A stretch of DNA of 64,000 nt from an uncultured Christensenella sp. (GTDB lineage Bacteria; Bacillota; Clostridia; Christensenellales; CAG-917): positions 60,581-124,580 of the forward strand of contig CAJTQT010000004.1 of assembly GCA_910578325.1 (NCBI GenBank). Reading direction: 5' to 3'. The notes beneath the pieces were generated by a model that saw only the letters and a list, made by a program, of their open reading frames with translations, ran no database searches and was not told where the DNA came from. Positions 18,437 to 27,085 of this stretch are shown here, one piece after another. The position numbers and the translations under genes are program-made. Within the stretch, counting starts at the first letter, position 1, and each line of letters opens with the position of its first letter.

Positions 18437-20596
18437 CTATCTTCTGATATCGATGATTCCGTTGATACTTCGCAATTTTTTTGAAAGATTTTCAAGTTCG
18501 TCAACTTTTCTGATCTGTACGGTTATAACAATTTCGCCGAGGTTTTCCTTCTCGTCGACCACCCTCGCGCTCACTGCCGCGATTTCCAGTTTCGCTCCTG
18601 CAATATAGGAAGTTATAGTTGCAAGCAGTCCGCTCTTATTCTCGCAGGAAATAGTTAGCGTAGCGTTGAAATAGTCGTTCCCGCTGTTATCCCAACTCAC
18701 CGTTATAAGCCTTTCGTCTTCCATTCCCTTGACGTTGGGACAGTCTTTTCTATGCACCGAAACACCGCGCCCGCGTGAGATATAACCGATTATCGGATCC
18801 CCCGGAACAGGCGAGCAGCACTGTGCCATTCTGACAGTAAAATTGGCGTTGCCGTTGACGAGAACGCCGCTCTTCGAATGCCCGACGGATTGCGTTTTCT
18901 GCTCGCTCTTAGCAGGCGATATCTCTGCCGGCAAAGGCATCGGGACTTCTTTTTTAAACGCTTCGATAATTTTGGACAGCACCTGATTAGTCGTCAGTCC
19001 GCCGTATCCTACTTCCGCATACAGATCCTCTTCTCGTTCAAGTCCGTGCCGTTGAAGAAAGCGCAGCATCATATCGTGAGTCATCACGTCGCTGAGAGAA
19101 TATCCTCTGCGTTTCGCCTCTCTTTCAAGCATATCTTTTCCGCGGGCGATATTCTCGTCGCGTTTCTCTTTTTTGAAAAAGTTGCGCATCTTCGCGCGCG
19201 CAGAAGCGGTACGTACAAATTTGAGCCAGTCGAGACTGGGGCCCTTAGAAGAAGACGAAGTCAAAATCTCAACTATATCGCCGTTTGCAAGTTTTGTAGA
19301 CAAAGGCACTATCTTTTTATTTACTTTTGCTCCGACGCATTTATTGCCTATCTGCGAGTGTATCTTATACGCTAAATCAACGGGAGTAGACCCTATCGGC
19401 AATCCGTGAACGTCGCCCTTTGGAGTAAACACAAAAACCTCGTCGTCGAAGACGTTGATTTTTATTGCGTCCATAAACTCCTTTGCGCCGTCGATGTCTT
19501 TCTGGGCATCCATAACTTCTCTTAGCCAGCGGACTTTATTGTCCAACTCGCTGTCCGAGCCCGTCGTACCCTCTTTATACTTCCAGTGCGCCGCTATGCC
19601 GTACTCTGCGATTCTGTGCATTTCGTAAGTACGGATCTGTATCTCGAACGTCTCGTTGAAAGGCGTGATAACCGTAGTATGCAATGACTGATAGTTGTTT
19701 GCCTTCGGCATTGCGATATAGTCTTTAAACCGTCCGGGAATAGGTTTCCACATTGTGTGAATCTCGCCGAGCATCGTATAACAGTCCTTGACGGAGTCCA
19801 CGATAATTCTCACCGCAAGCAAATCGTAAATCTGGTCTATATCTATATGAAGATTGTTCATCTTCTTATATACCGAATAAAAATGCTTAGGACGACCGTT
19901 CACTTCGCCCTTGATATCCATTTCTTTGAGTTTCTGTTCGATCTGCTTGCAGACCGCGTCCAAAAAGCCCTGACGCTCCGTACGTTTGGTGTTGACGGAT
20001 TCGGTTATATACTTGTATTCGTCGGGCAAAAGATACTTCATAGACAGATCTTCCAGTTCGCATTTGAAAAACGAAATACCAAGTCTTCCCGCAAGAGGGG
20101 CGTAAATATCAAGCGTTTCTCTCGCAATCCGTCTCTGTCTCTCGGGCGAGAGATATTGCAGAGAGCGCATATTGTGGAGTCTGTCTGCGAGTTTGATTAT
20201 AACAACGCGCAAATCCTTTGCCATAGCGACGAAAATCTTTCGGAAATTTTCCGCCTGTGCCTCTTCCCTATTGACAAATTGCAATTTATCGAGTTTCGTA
20301 ACTCCCTCGACAAGTTCGAGAATCTCATCTCCGAAATGCTCGCGCATCTCGTCGGGCGTGACCGCCGTATCTTCCAGAACGTCGTGTAAGAACGCCGCAA
20401 TCACTGTTGAACTGTCAAATCCGAATCCGGAAAGGATTTCCACCACCGCGCAGGGATGCGTAAAATAATCCGCGCCGGAACTTCTTTTCTGTCCTGCGTG
20501 CGCGGCTTTTGCGAAATCGTATGCGCGTTTAATATCTGCATACTTATCGGGATAGGTCTTTCTGAGTTTTACAAGCAGTTCTTCCATTTTACGCAA
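18437..20596 (-). CDS. relA: bifunctional (p)ppGpp synthetase/hydrolase RelA/SpoT homologue
   Basis: HD hydrolase domain (HDVLEDT), synthetase domain (YQSLHTTV), TGS and ACT domains. Confidence 0.95.
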   Translation of the reverse strand: MRKMEELLVKLRKTYPDKYADIKRAYDFAKAAHAGQKRSSGADYFTHPCAVVEILSGFGFDSSTVIAAFLHDVLEDTAVTPDEMREHFGDEILELVEGVTKLDKLQFVNREEAQAENFRKIFVAMAKDLRVVIIKLADRLHNMRSLQYLSPERQRRIARETLDIYAPLAGRLGISFFKCELEDLSMKYLLPDEYKYITESVNTKRTERQGFLDAVCKQIEQKLKEMDIKGEVNGRPKHFYSVYKKMNNLHIDIDQIYDLLAVRIIVDSVKDCYTMLGEIHTMWKPIPGRFKDYIAMPKANNYQSLHTTVITPFNETFEIQIRTYEMHRIAEYGIAAHWKYKEGTTGSDSELDNKVRWLREVMDAQKDIDGAKEFMDAIKINVFDDEVFVFTPKGDVHGLPIGSTPVDLAYKIHSQIGNKCVGAKVNKKIVPLSTKLANGDIVEILTSSSSKGPSLDWLKFVRTASARAKMRNFFKKEKRDENIARGKDMLEREAKRRGYSLSDVMTHDMMLRFLQRHGLEREEDLYAEVGYGGLTTNQVLSKIIEAFKKEVPMPLPAEISPAKSEQKTQSVGHSKSGVLVNGNANFTVRMAQCCSPVPGDPIIGYISRGRGVSVHRKDCPNVKGMEDERLITVSWDNSGNDYFNATLTISCENKSGLLATITSYIAGAKLEIAAVSARVVDEKENLGEIVITVQIRKVDELENLSKKLRSINGIIDIRR

Positions 20597-20759
20597 ATCC
20601 TCAAACGCGCGCCCTATAAGTTTCGGCGCGCCCGATTATCCTTTTTGAATCCTCAAATTGAAAATCTAACGGATTATTAGTTAAATTATATATCAATTAT
20701 ACTATATAATCAATGCGTTTTTCACATAGAATCGTACAATTTCAAAGCGGAAAATATTG

Positions 20760-23060
20760 TCAACCGTGCAAAATTTTCCGATAAACGGGAGAATCGTCGA
20801 GATCAACAGATTTTCTGGATATATTCAACGCTCCCTTTTCGCCTATGCGTACAAGCCCCAGTTGCGCGAAAATTTTTGTTGCAAGCAAAAATCTGCTCTT
20901 TTCGATTTTTACTCTTTCATTTATAAGTAAATACAGAGAATGCAAATTAGCCGCTTTCAACTTACTCATTGCAACTTGCACAAAAGCCTTATAAACCGCC
21001 CGCAGTTCCGCATCGGATGCCGTCATATTGCTCTCCCCCGTATCCGCTACCGCAATACAACGCTTTACCCGCGCCGCAATATGAGATAAATATCCTCCGT
21101 AAAGCGGAGCGCCCGCTATAACGGCATTTTCATAAAATGCGTATTCGAAATCCGCGCTCGGACACACCACTACGCAGTTCTGCGGATTGAGTTCGGGTTT
21201 ATTCCCGATAAATACCGGAAGTCCTCTTATTTCGTCGCTGAGCGCGCATATATTATCATAATCCTTTTGCGAAAAACAAACTATAATCGTCCCGAAAGGC
21301 GAACGCCCGATAATATCTATCACCTCAGAAATATCCGACTTAGTAACGTACGCTCCGCCGTCGTAATTATAATGGTGCAAGTTCAGACACGCGGCGTCAT
21401 CCTCTTCGATTCTCACTTCGTCGAAAGACAGCGAACGAATTATGCCCTGTGCCCTGACTATATTTCGGAAACAGTTGATATCGAGCGCAACTTCCAACTC
21501 CACCTTCCCCGTACGTGCCGAAAGGACATCGGCATAAGTATTGAAGCCCAACAAATCCACGTTTTTTTCACAGCATTTTACGTGTCTGGAATATCCGATA
21601 GTGTCGAATTTAAGCGCGTCCGCTTTAATGAGAAAATCGGGGCGCGAGTTTCCGTATCCCGTCGGCTCCATTTTTTCCAACTCCCGCGCAAACGACAGAT
21701 AATCGAAATCGAGAGGAAGTTCCATTTCACAACGAACTTGCGGAATAAATTCCTGCGGACTGTGCGTACTCAGCACCAGTTTATCCGCATCGCGTTTAAA
21801 CGCCTCGAAATTACTTAAATCGAGACTTACGCCTGCCGCCTGCGAATGCCCGCCAAACGACGTGAAATAACCGCTTAGGCTGCTGAACACGTCAAAAATA
21901 TTCACAGAATAAATACTTCTTGCCGAACCCTTTAACGCATCCCCTTTTTTCGCGAATAATACCGTAGGACGTTTGAACTCCTCAACCAGTTTAGCAGCCG
22001 CAATTCCGAGCACTCCCGCCTCCCACTTTTCGCTGTACAGCGCGATTATGCCTTCGTGCGTAAAATCCCTGCCTTTCAGCATATCCTTTGCTTCTTTTGC
22101 CGTCTGTTCGCAGAGTTCCTGTCTCAAAGCATTGTCCCTGCACAGTTCTTCCGCAAGCGTTTTGAGCATAAAATAGTCGCTTTCGAGAAACAGTCCGACA
22201 ACTTTTGAAGCGGAGTTCAGACGGCCTGCGGCATTCATTCTCGGCGCAAGCCTGTACATTATGTTCTGCGACGAAATTTCGTCCTCTCCGAGAAGTAACT
22301 TAATTCCCTTTCGGGGTGACCGTTTAATCTGTTCTATTCCGAAATATGCGATTATACGGTTATCTTCCTTAAGCGGCACAACGTCCGCAATAGTCGCTAT
22401 TGCCGCAATATCGAGATACTTGCAAGCCTCGCTTCTGTCTGATAAGGCTTCAACAAGTTTGAGTGCGACGCCTGCTCCGCAGAGTTCGTAAAATCCCCGT
22501 TTTGCGATCTTGGGATTTATCACAATGCAATCGGGTATTTCTTTCTGCGGCTCGTGATGGTCGGTCACAATAAGGTCGACGCCATGCGATTTGAGATACT
22601 CCGCTTCTTTTACGGCAGTGATGCCGCAGTCGACGGATATTATCAGATTCGGTTTGAAATCGGTCAAAACTCTGTCCAGCGAAGATACGGACATTCCGTA
22701 ACCGTCGCGCGCGCGGTCGGGAATAAAATAGTTTATATCCGCCTTATCGCGCAAAAACAACATAAGTATCGAGACGGCGCAGATTCCGTCGCAGTCATAA
22801 TCCCCGTAAACAAGTATCCTTTCCCTTCCGTCTATCGCACTTTGAATACGTTCGACTGCGATCTGCATTCCGTAAATATCCTGCGGCGAAGAAAGATTCC
22901 CGACAGACGGATTCAGATAATCGTATATATCCTCTTCCGAAAATCCGCGTCCGAGCAGCAGGCTCAAAAAGCGGTCCGAAATACCCAAATTCGCCGCCGT
23001 TTTTTTCTGTGCGTCCGTAAGATAGACCGTCTCTGTTTTAACCGTATATCTATTTCCCAT
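20760..23060 (-). CDS. recJ: single-stranded-DNA-specific exonuclease RecJ
   Basis: DHH motifs (GDYDCDGI, DCG, VTDHH) and DHHA1 (GGHSQAAG). The start is uncertain: ATG at 23060 (MGNRYTV) or TTG at 23132. Confidence 0.9.
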   Translation of the reverse strand: MGNRYTVKTETVYLTDAQKKTAANLGISDRFLSLLLGRGFSEEDIYDYLNPSVGNLSSPQDIYGMQIAVERIQSAIDGRERILVYGDYDCDGICAVSILMLFLRDKADINYFIPDRARDGYGMSVSSLDRVLTDFKPNLIISVDCGITAVKEAEYLKSHGVDLIVTDHHEPQKEIPDCIVINPKIAKRGFYELCGAGVALKLVEALSDRSEACKYLDIAAIATIADVVPLKEDNRIIAYFGIEQIKRSPRKGIKLLLGEDEISSQNIMYRLAPRMNAAGRLNSASKVVGLFLESDYFMLKTLAEELCRDNALRQELCEQTAKEAKDMLKGRDFTHEGIIALYSEKWEAGVLGIAAAKLVEEFKRPTVLFAKKGDALKGSARSIYSVNIFDVFSSLSGYFTSFGGHSQAAGVSLDLSNFEAFKRDADKLVLSTHSPQEFIPQVRCEMELPLDFDYLSFARELEKMEPTGYGNSRPDFLIKADALKFDTIGYSRHVKCCEKNVDLLGFNTYADVLSARTGKVELEVALDINCFRNIVRAQGIIRSLSFDEVRIEEDDAACLNLHHYNYDGGAYVTKSDISEVIDIIGRSPFGTIIVCFSQKDYDNICALSDEIRGLPVFIGNKPELNPQNCVVVCPSADFEYAFYENAVIAGAPLYGGYLSHIAARVKRCIAVADTGESNMTASDAELRAVYKAFVQVAMSKLKAANLHSLYLLINERVKIEKSRFLLATKIFAQLGLVRIGEKGALNISRKSVDLDDSPVYRKILHG

Positions 23061-23135
23061 AACAGTATGCCGCGCCGCCGACCGCTGTACGGCAGAATAT
23101 AATAACGCCCTTACCTTCGGGTAAGGGCGCAAGTG

Positions 23136-24311
23136 TTATTTTTTCTTGAACGTCGTGTTTTTCTTCGAATACTTGTACACCTTGTTCTGTTGCTGTTTCT
23201 GCGTAGACGGCTTTACGTTCTTAGGTTCGCCGCCTGCAAGCGCGGGTTGACCTTGACGCACTGCGGGGATAATCTCCTCTTCGTCTTCCTTGACGTCGTA
23301 GGTGACCGAATTGCGTTTGAAGTACTTCGCCTTAGTCTTATCGAAAGACGCGCTCATTGCCGCCCACAGCGGAGTTGCAAGGAATACGGACGAATACATA
23401 CCTGCCACAAGTCCGAGAATGATAGGCACGCAGAACTCGCGTATTGAATCGCTTCCGAGGATAGCGAGGAAGATGACCGTAATCATTGTCGTAAACGTCG
23501 TATACACAGAACGCGTAAACGTACTTCTGACCGCCGCGTCGCCGATACCGGCATAGTCGATGTTCTTCTGACCTTTGAGAGGTTTGATCGACTCGCGGCA
23601 ACGGTCGAAGATAATAATCGTGTTGTTGATCGAATACGCGATTATGGTAATCATAGCCGCTACGTACGAACTGTTTATCTGCACTCTGCAAATAACCGTG
23701 AGCGCAAACATAATCACAACGTCGTGGATAAGCGCGATAATCGCGGCGAATCCGCTCATCAGCGTGAATCTGATGATAATATAAATCAATATAATGACAA
23801 CCGATACCGCAAGCGCTATACCCGCTTTTGAGAGAAGATCACGCGCCGCGGTTGCACCGATTGACTCGTATGTGACGTTGCCGACTCTTTCGGGATAAAG
23901 ATTGTCGACAGCATCCCTGATTTTTACGTTGAGTTCGTTTATTTCCGTATCGTTGTTGGATATGTTTTTATATCTGAACGATATAGAAGAATTATTTACA
24001 TTGCTTGCAACCTGCTGTTGGGAATAAGACACCGTCACTCCGAAACTCTGAATAGTCTCGGTAATTTTGGCTCTGTTTTCCTCATAGTTGTCTATTGCTT
24101 CGTTTCCGAGCGTAACCGTGAGAACGGTACCGCCTTCAAAGTCGATGCCAATACCGACTGCGTCAGTGTAACTTCCGCCCGTCGCGCCAAACGCGACGAT
24201 GACAACCAACGCGATTATCAGAACCAAAAACGGCACCATAGCAAACCATCTTGAATGCTTGTTTACGCTGAACGTGTTGCAAAGATTACGAAAGCCTTTC
24301 ATCTTAGTCAT
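23136..24311 (-). CDS. secF: protein translocase subunit SecF
   Basis: SecF TM topology and motifs (IDFEGGT, FDRCRE-like). SD GGAGGAGG. secD-secF adjacency. Confidence 0.95.
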   Translation of the reverse strand: MTKMKGFRNLCNTFSVNKHSRWFAMVPFLVLIIALVVIVAFGATGGSYTDAVGIGIDFEGGTVLTVTLGNEAIDNYEENRAKITETIQSFGVTVSYSQQQVASNVNNSSISFRYKNISNNDTEINELNVKIRDAVDNLYPERVGNVTYESIGATAARDLLSKAGIALAVSVVIILIYIIIRFTLMSGFAAIIALIHDVVIMFALTVICRVQINSSYVAAMITIIAYSINNTIIIFDRCRESIKPLKGQKNIDYAGIGDAAVRSTFTRSVYTTFTTMITVIFLAILGSDSIREFCVPIILGLVAGMYSSVFLATPLWAAMSASFDKTKAKYFKRNSVTYDVKEDEEEIIPAVRQGQPALAGGEPKNVKPSTQKQQQNKVYKYSKKNTTFKKK

Positions 24312-24313
24312 AA

Positions 24314-25660
24314 TTAAGCCTCCTCCTTTGCAGTAGTCAGTTTAGAAGGCACGGGAGTTTCTTCCTCGTCTTCTTTTTTACGTTTAAGTCCGTAGAATTT
24401 TTCGCTCGTGCTGTTGAGAGGAATGAAACATTTCAGAATCAGTCTGGTTATAACGAGCGACGTGAACATTGAAAGAATGATACCTATAAACAGCGTAACC
24501 GCAAATCCGACGATAGATGCCGAACCGAGCACCCAAAGTACGACGGCACCGATGATTGTGGTGACGTTTCCGTCGATAATTGCGCCGATAGAGCGTTTGA
24601 AGCCGTCTTTGATTGAAGTCTGTATGGGCTTATTACTGCGTCTGTATTCGTCCTTGACTCTCTCGAAGATGATTACGTTGGCGTCGACTGCCATACCTAT
24701 CGAGAGCAATATACCCGCGATACCGGGCAACGTGAGTTGTACCCACGGAAGCACTGCGCAGAACCAGATCAACAAAACGATATATACGCAAAGAGCAAGG
24801 TCGGCGGCAAGTCCGAGACCGCGATAAACGATAAGCAGGAAGATGAATATAATCGCAATACCCACTATACCCGCGATAATCGCGATATTTATCGAATTTT
24901 CTCCGAGCGTTGCGGAAATGTTTCTGACCTCGGTCTGTTTGAGGCTGACTCCGAATGTACCCGACTGCAAACGGGTTGCGAAATCGAGTGCTTCCTGATA
25001 GGTGTATCCGTTGTTTCCGCTCGTAATGATCGCCGAACCGTTTGAAATCTGCGAGTTGACGTTGACCTGAGTGTATCTCTCGCCGTCGATATAAATATAA
25101 ATCGCTTTGTTGAGATACTCTTTGGTCACTTCCGCGAACTTCTCCGTACCCGCTTTGTTAAATTTCAGACCGACGGCGAAATTGTTGCTTTCGTCCATCG
25201 TAACATAAGCGGATTCGAGGTGATCGCGTCCTACGATAAGATTTTCCGCAGAAGATTTGTCTTCGCCTTTGAATTCCAAAGTTGCGGGACGTCCGATGAG
25301 TTTGAGAACTCTTTCGGGATCCTGTACGTCGGGAACTTCAACGCGAATCGTAATATTGCCGTTGCTGTTGGTGCCTTTTGTCACCGTTGATTCCGTGTAT
25401 CCTTTGGACACCAGCAGACTTTGAAGAGAACTGATAGTGCCGTCGACACGCGTGTCCAAATCGCCATATTGGTCGGGTTGGACCTCGAACACTGCGGATA
25501 TACCTCCCGACATATCAAGTCCCAACTTGATTGTCTTAGCATAGCCCGTGTAGTCATAAACAGTGTTCGCAATCGGGAAAGACACAAGCGCGAAAACCGC
25601 CATCAATATGATGAAGATGCCTATGACGGATAGGACGACGATTGATTTCTTTTTGTTCAC
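24314..25660 (-). CDS. secD: protein translocase subunit SecD
   Basis: LGLDMSGG, a periplasmic domain and six TM helices. The best start is probably GTG at 25660 (MNKKKSIVV), 8 nt after GGAGG. The track start at 25687 is TTG. Confidence 0.92.
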   Translation of the reverse strand: MNKKKSIVVLSVIGIFIILMAVFALVSFPIANTVYDYTGYAKTIKLGLDMSGGISAVFEVQPDQYGDLDTRVDGTISSLQSLLVSKGYTESTVTKGTNSNGNITIRVEVPDVQDPERVLKLIGRPATLEFKGEDKSSAENLIVGRDHLESAYVTMDESNNFAVGLKFNKAGTEKFAEVTKEYLNKAIYIYIDGERYTQVNVNSQISNGSAIITSGNNGYTYQEALDFATRLQSGTFGVSLKQTEVRNISATLGENSINIAIIAGIVGIAIIFIFLLIVYRGLGLAADLALCVYIVLLIWFCAVLPWVQLTLPGIAGILLSIGMAVDANVIIFERVKDEYRRSNKPIQTSIKDGFKRSIGAIIDGNVTTIIGAVVLWVLGSASIVGFAVTLFIGIILSMFTSLVITRLILKCFIPLNSTSEKFYGLKRKKEDEEETPVPSKLTTAKEEA

Positions 25661-25805
25661 AGGATGAACCTCCATATAGTAAAACAAAAATATTATAACT
25701 ATTATAGACTGTTAAGTCAACAAATAACTTGCCTTATATAGTAAATTTTAACCAAATTTTACCTCTTGTAGGCATACGGCAACGCCATAGTACATAATCT
25801 TTGGT

Positions 25806-26204
25806 ATGGAAAAATCGATAAACTTTAAAACAAATCTGCTCGACGTATTGAAATCGGTGTTGTTTTCGACACTTATTTCGCTCGGCTTAGTGCTCATCTT
25901 TGCGATAATTATAAAGTTCGCCTCCCTGCCGAACAACGTAATTATGCCCGTCAACATAGCAATAAAAATACTTTCCGTTCTCGTCGGAACGATAATCGGA
26001 TTCAAACAACCCGACAACGGACTGATTAAAGGCGCATTCTCAGGGCTCATCTATATGCTCTTTACGTTTTTCATATTTGCCGCGCTCAGCGGATTCAAGG
26101 ACGTAAAGTTCAGTTGGATAGACCTCATCACCCTGCCCGTGGCAGGCGCGATTGCGGGAATAATTGCGGTCAACATCAAAGCGCGCAGACAAAACCGCAG
26201 ATAA
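25806..26204 (+). CDS. small four-TM membrane protein (YrzE/TIGR04086-like, tentative)
   Basis: 132 aa with four hydrophobic helices. The position next to secDF mirrors B. subtilis yrzE. The family assignment is from memory only. Confidence 0.55.
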   Translation: MEKSINFKTNLLDVLKSVLFSTLISLGLVLIFAIIIKFASLPNNVIMPVNIAIKILSVLVGTIIGFKQPDNGLIKGAFSGLIYMLFTFFIFAALSGFKDVKFSWIDLITLPVAGAIAGIIAVNIKARRQNRR

Positions 26205-26285
26205 CGGCTCCAACGTCTTCAATGCGATAAATTGTTGAAACTCATAGATATTTCGGCAATCTATCCGCTCCGATTGACTTGCGCA

Positions 26286-26320
26286 AAAAGGGTTCGCTTT
26301 TTCAAGCGAACCCTTTTAAA
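26286..26320. terminator. bidirectional terminator between the convergent membrane-protein gene and yajC
   Basis: AAAAGGGTTCGC tttttcaa GCGAACCCTTTT, with A/T runs on both sides. Confidence 0.7.
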
Positions 26321-26340
26321 ATCAGTGGTTTATTTCAAAA

Positions 26341-26835
26341 TTACTTTTCTTCGACGGTTTCAACTTCCTCAACCGCTTCTTCGCTTACGACTACTTCGGG
26401 AGTCTCTTCGACGGTTTCGGTTTTCTGCGCTTCGTCCTTACTCTCCTCTACGAAAGGCTCTTCCGAGGGAGTTTCTTCCACAGCAGTTTCTGCAACGGCT
26501 GGAGCAGCGACGTTTTCAAGTACGTATCCGACAGCCTTTCTGTCAATTACGATAAGCGTAGGATTGCTTTCCGTGCCGACGTTTAAGATAATTGTATTGT
26601 CGGTGTTTACCTGAGTAATTCTTCCGACCATACCTCCGACTGTCATAATCTTTGTACCGACAGCGAGGGAACTCATCATTTTTTGTTGTTCCTTCTGACG
26701 TTTTTTCTGAGGAACGATTGTAAGGACGATCATCAATACAAGCACTACGCCGATGATGACCCACATAACCCAGCCTTTATCGGAACCGGCTTTGTCGCCT
26801 GCTTCTTCGGCTGCGAGAATAGCATTAAATAACAT
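26341..26835 (-). CDS. yajC: preprotein translocase subunit YajC with an acidic C-terminal tail
   Basis: One TM helix then QKKRQKEQQKMMSSLAVGTKIMTVGGMVGRI, the YajC core. ATG 26835 has SD AAGGAG 5 nt upstream (the track start is TTG at 26856). The last roughly 55 aa are E/V/T-rich. Confidence 0.85.
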   Translation of the reverse strand: MLFNAILAAEEAGDKAGSDKGWVMWVIIGVVLVLMIVLTIVPQKKRQKEQQKMMSSLAVGTKIMTVGGMVGRITQVNTDNTIILNVGTESNPTLIVIDRKAVGYVLENVAAPAVAETAVEETPSEEPFVEESKDEAQKTETVEETPEVVVSEEAVEEVETVEEK

Positions 26836-27085
26836 ATTTGCTCCTTTATATAACAATTATTGAATCTGCTTGCGCGATTACCAAGTAATCATACACGATG
26901 ACAGAAATTTTTGCAACCGAATTTATTATTTTTACAATATTAAATAAGATTTAATCATTTTAGTTTGTCGAAAATGCAAATAATTCGGCAAATGCAAGGG
27001 CGCGCAAACAATTATTTACGCGCCCCTACAAATATTGACCGCTTTGCGGATTTTTATTCTGAAACTTTAAGTACTGACAGAAAGT

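Noticed and set aside
20597-20759. Possible small RNA (for example 6S-like) between recJ and relA
   Set aside because: The spacer is only 163 bp and contains one GC-rich hairpin (GCGCGCC...GGCGCGC), consistent with a terminator or attenuator. It is too short and featureless to call an ncRNA.
25748-26050. 100-aa minus-strand ORF overlapping the YrzE-like membrane-protein gene
   Set aside because: It overlaps a better-supported plus-strand membrane protein and has no start signals.
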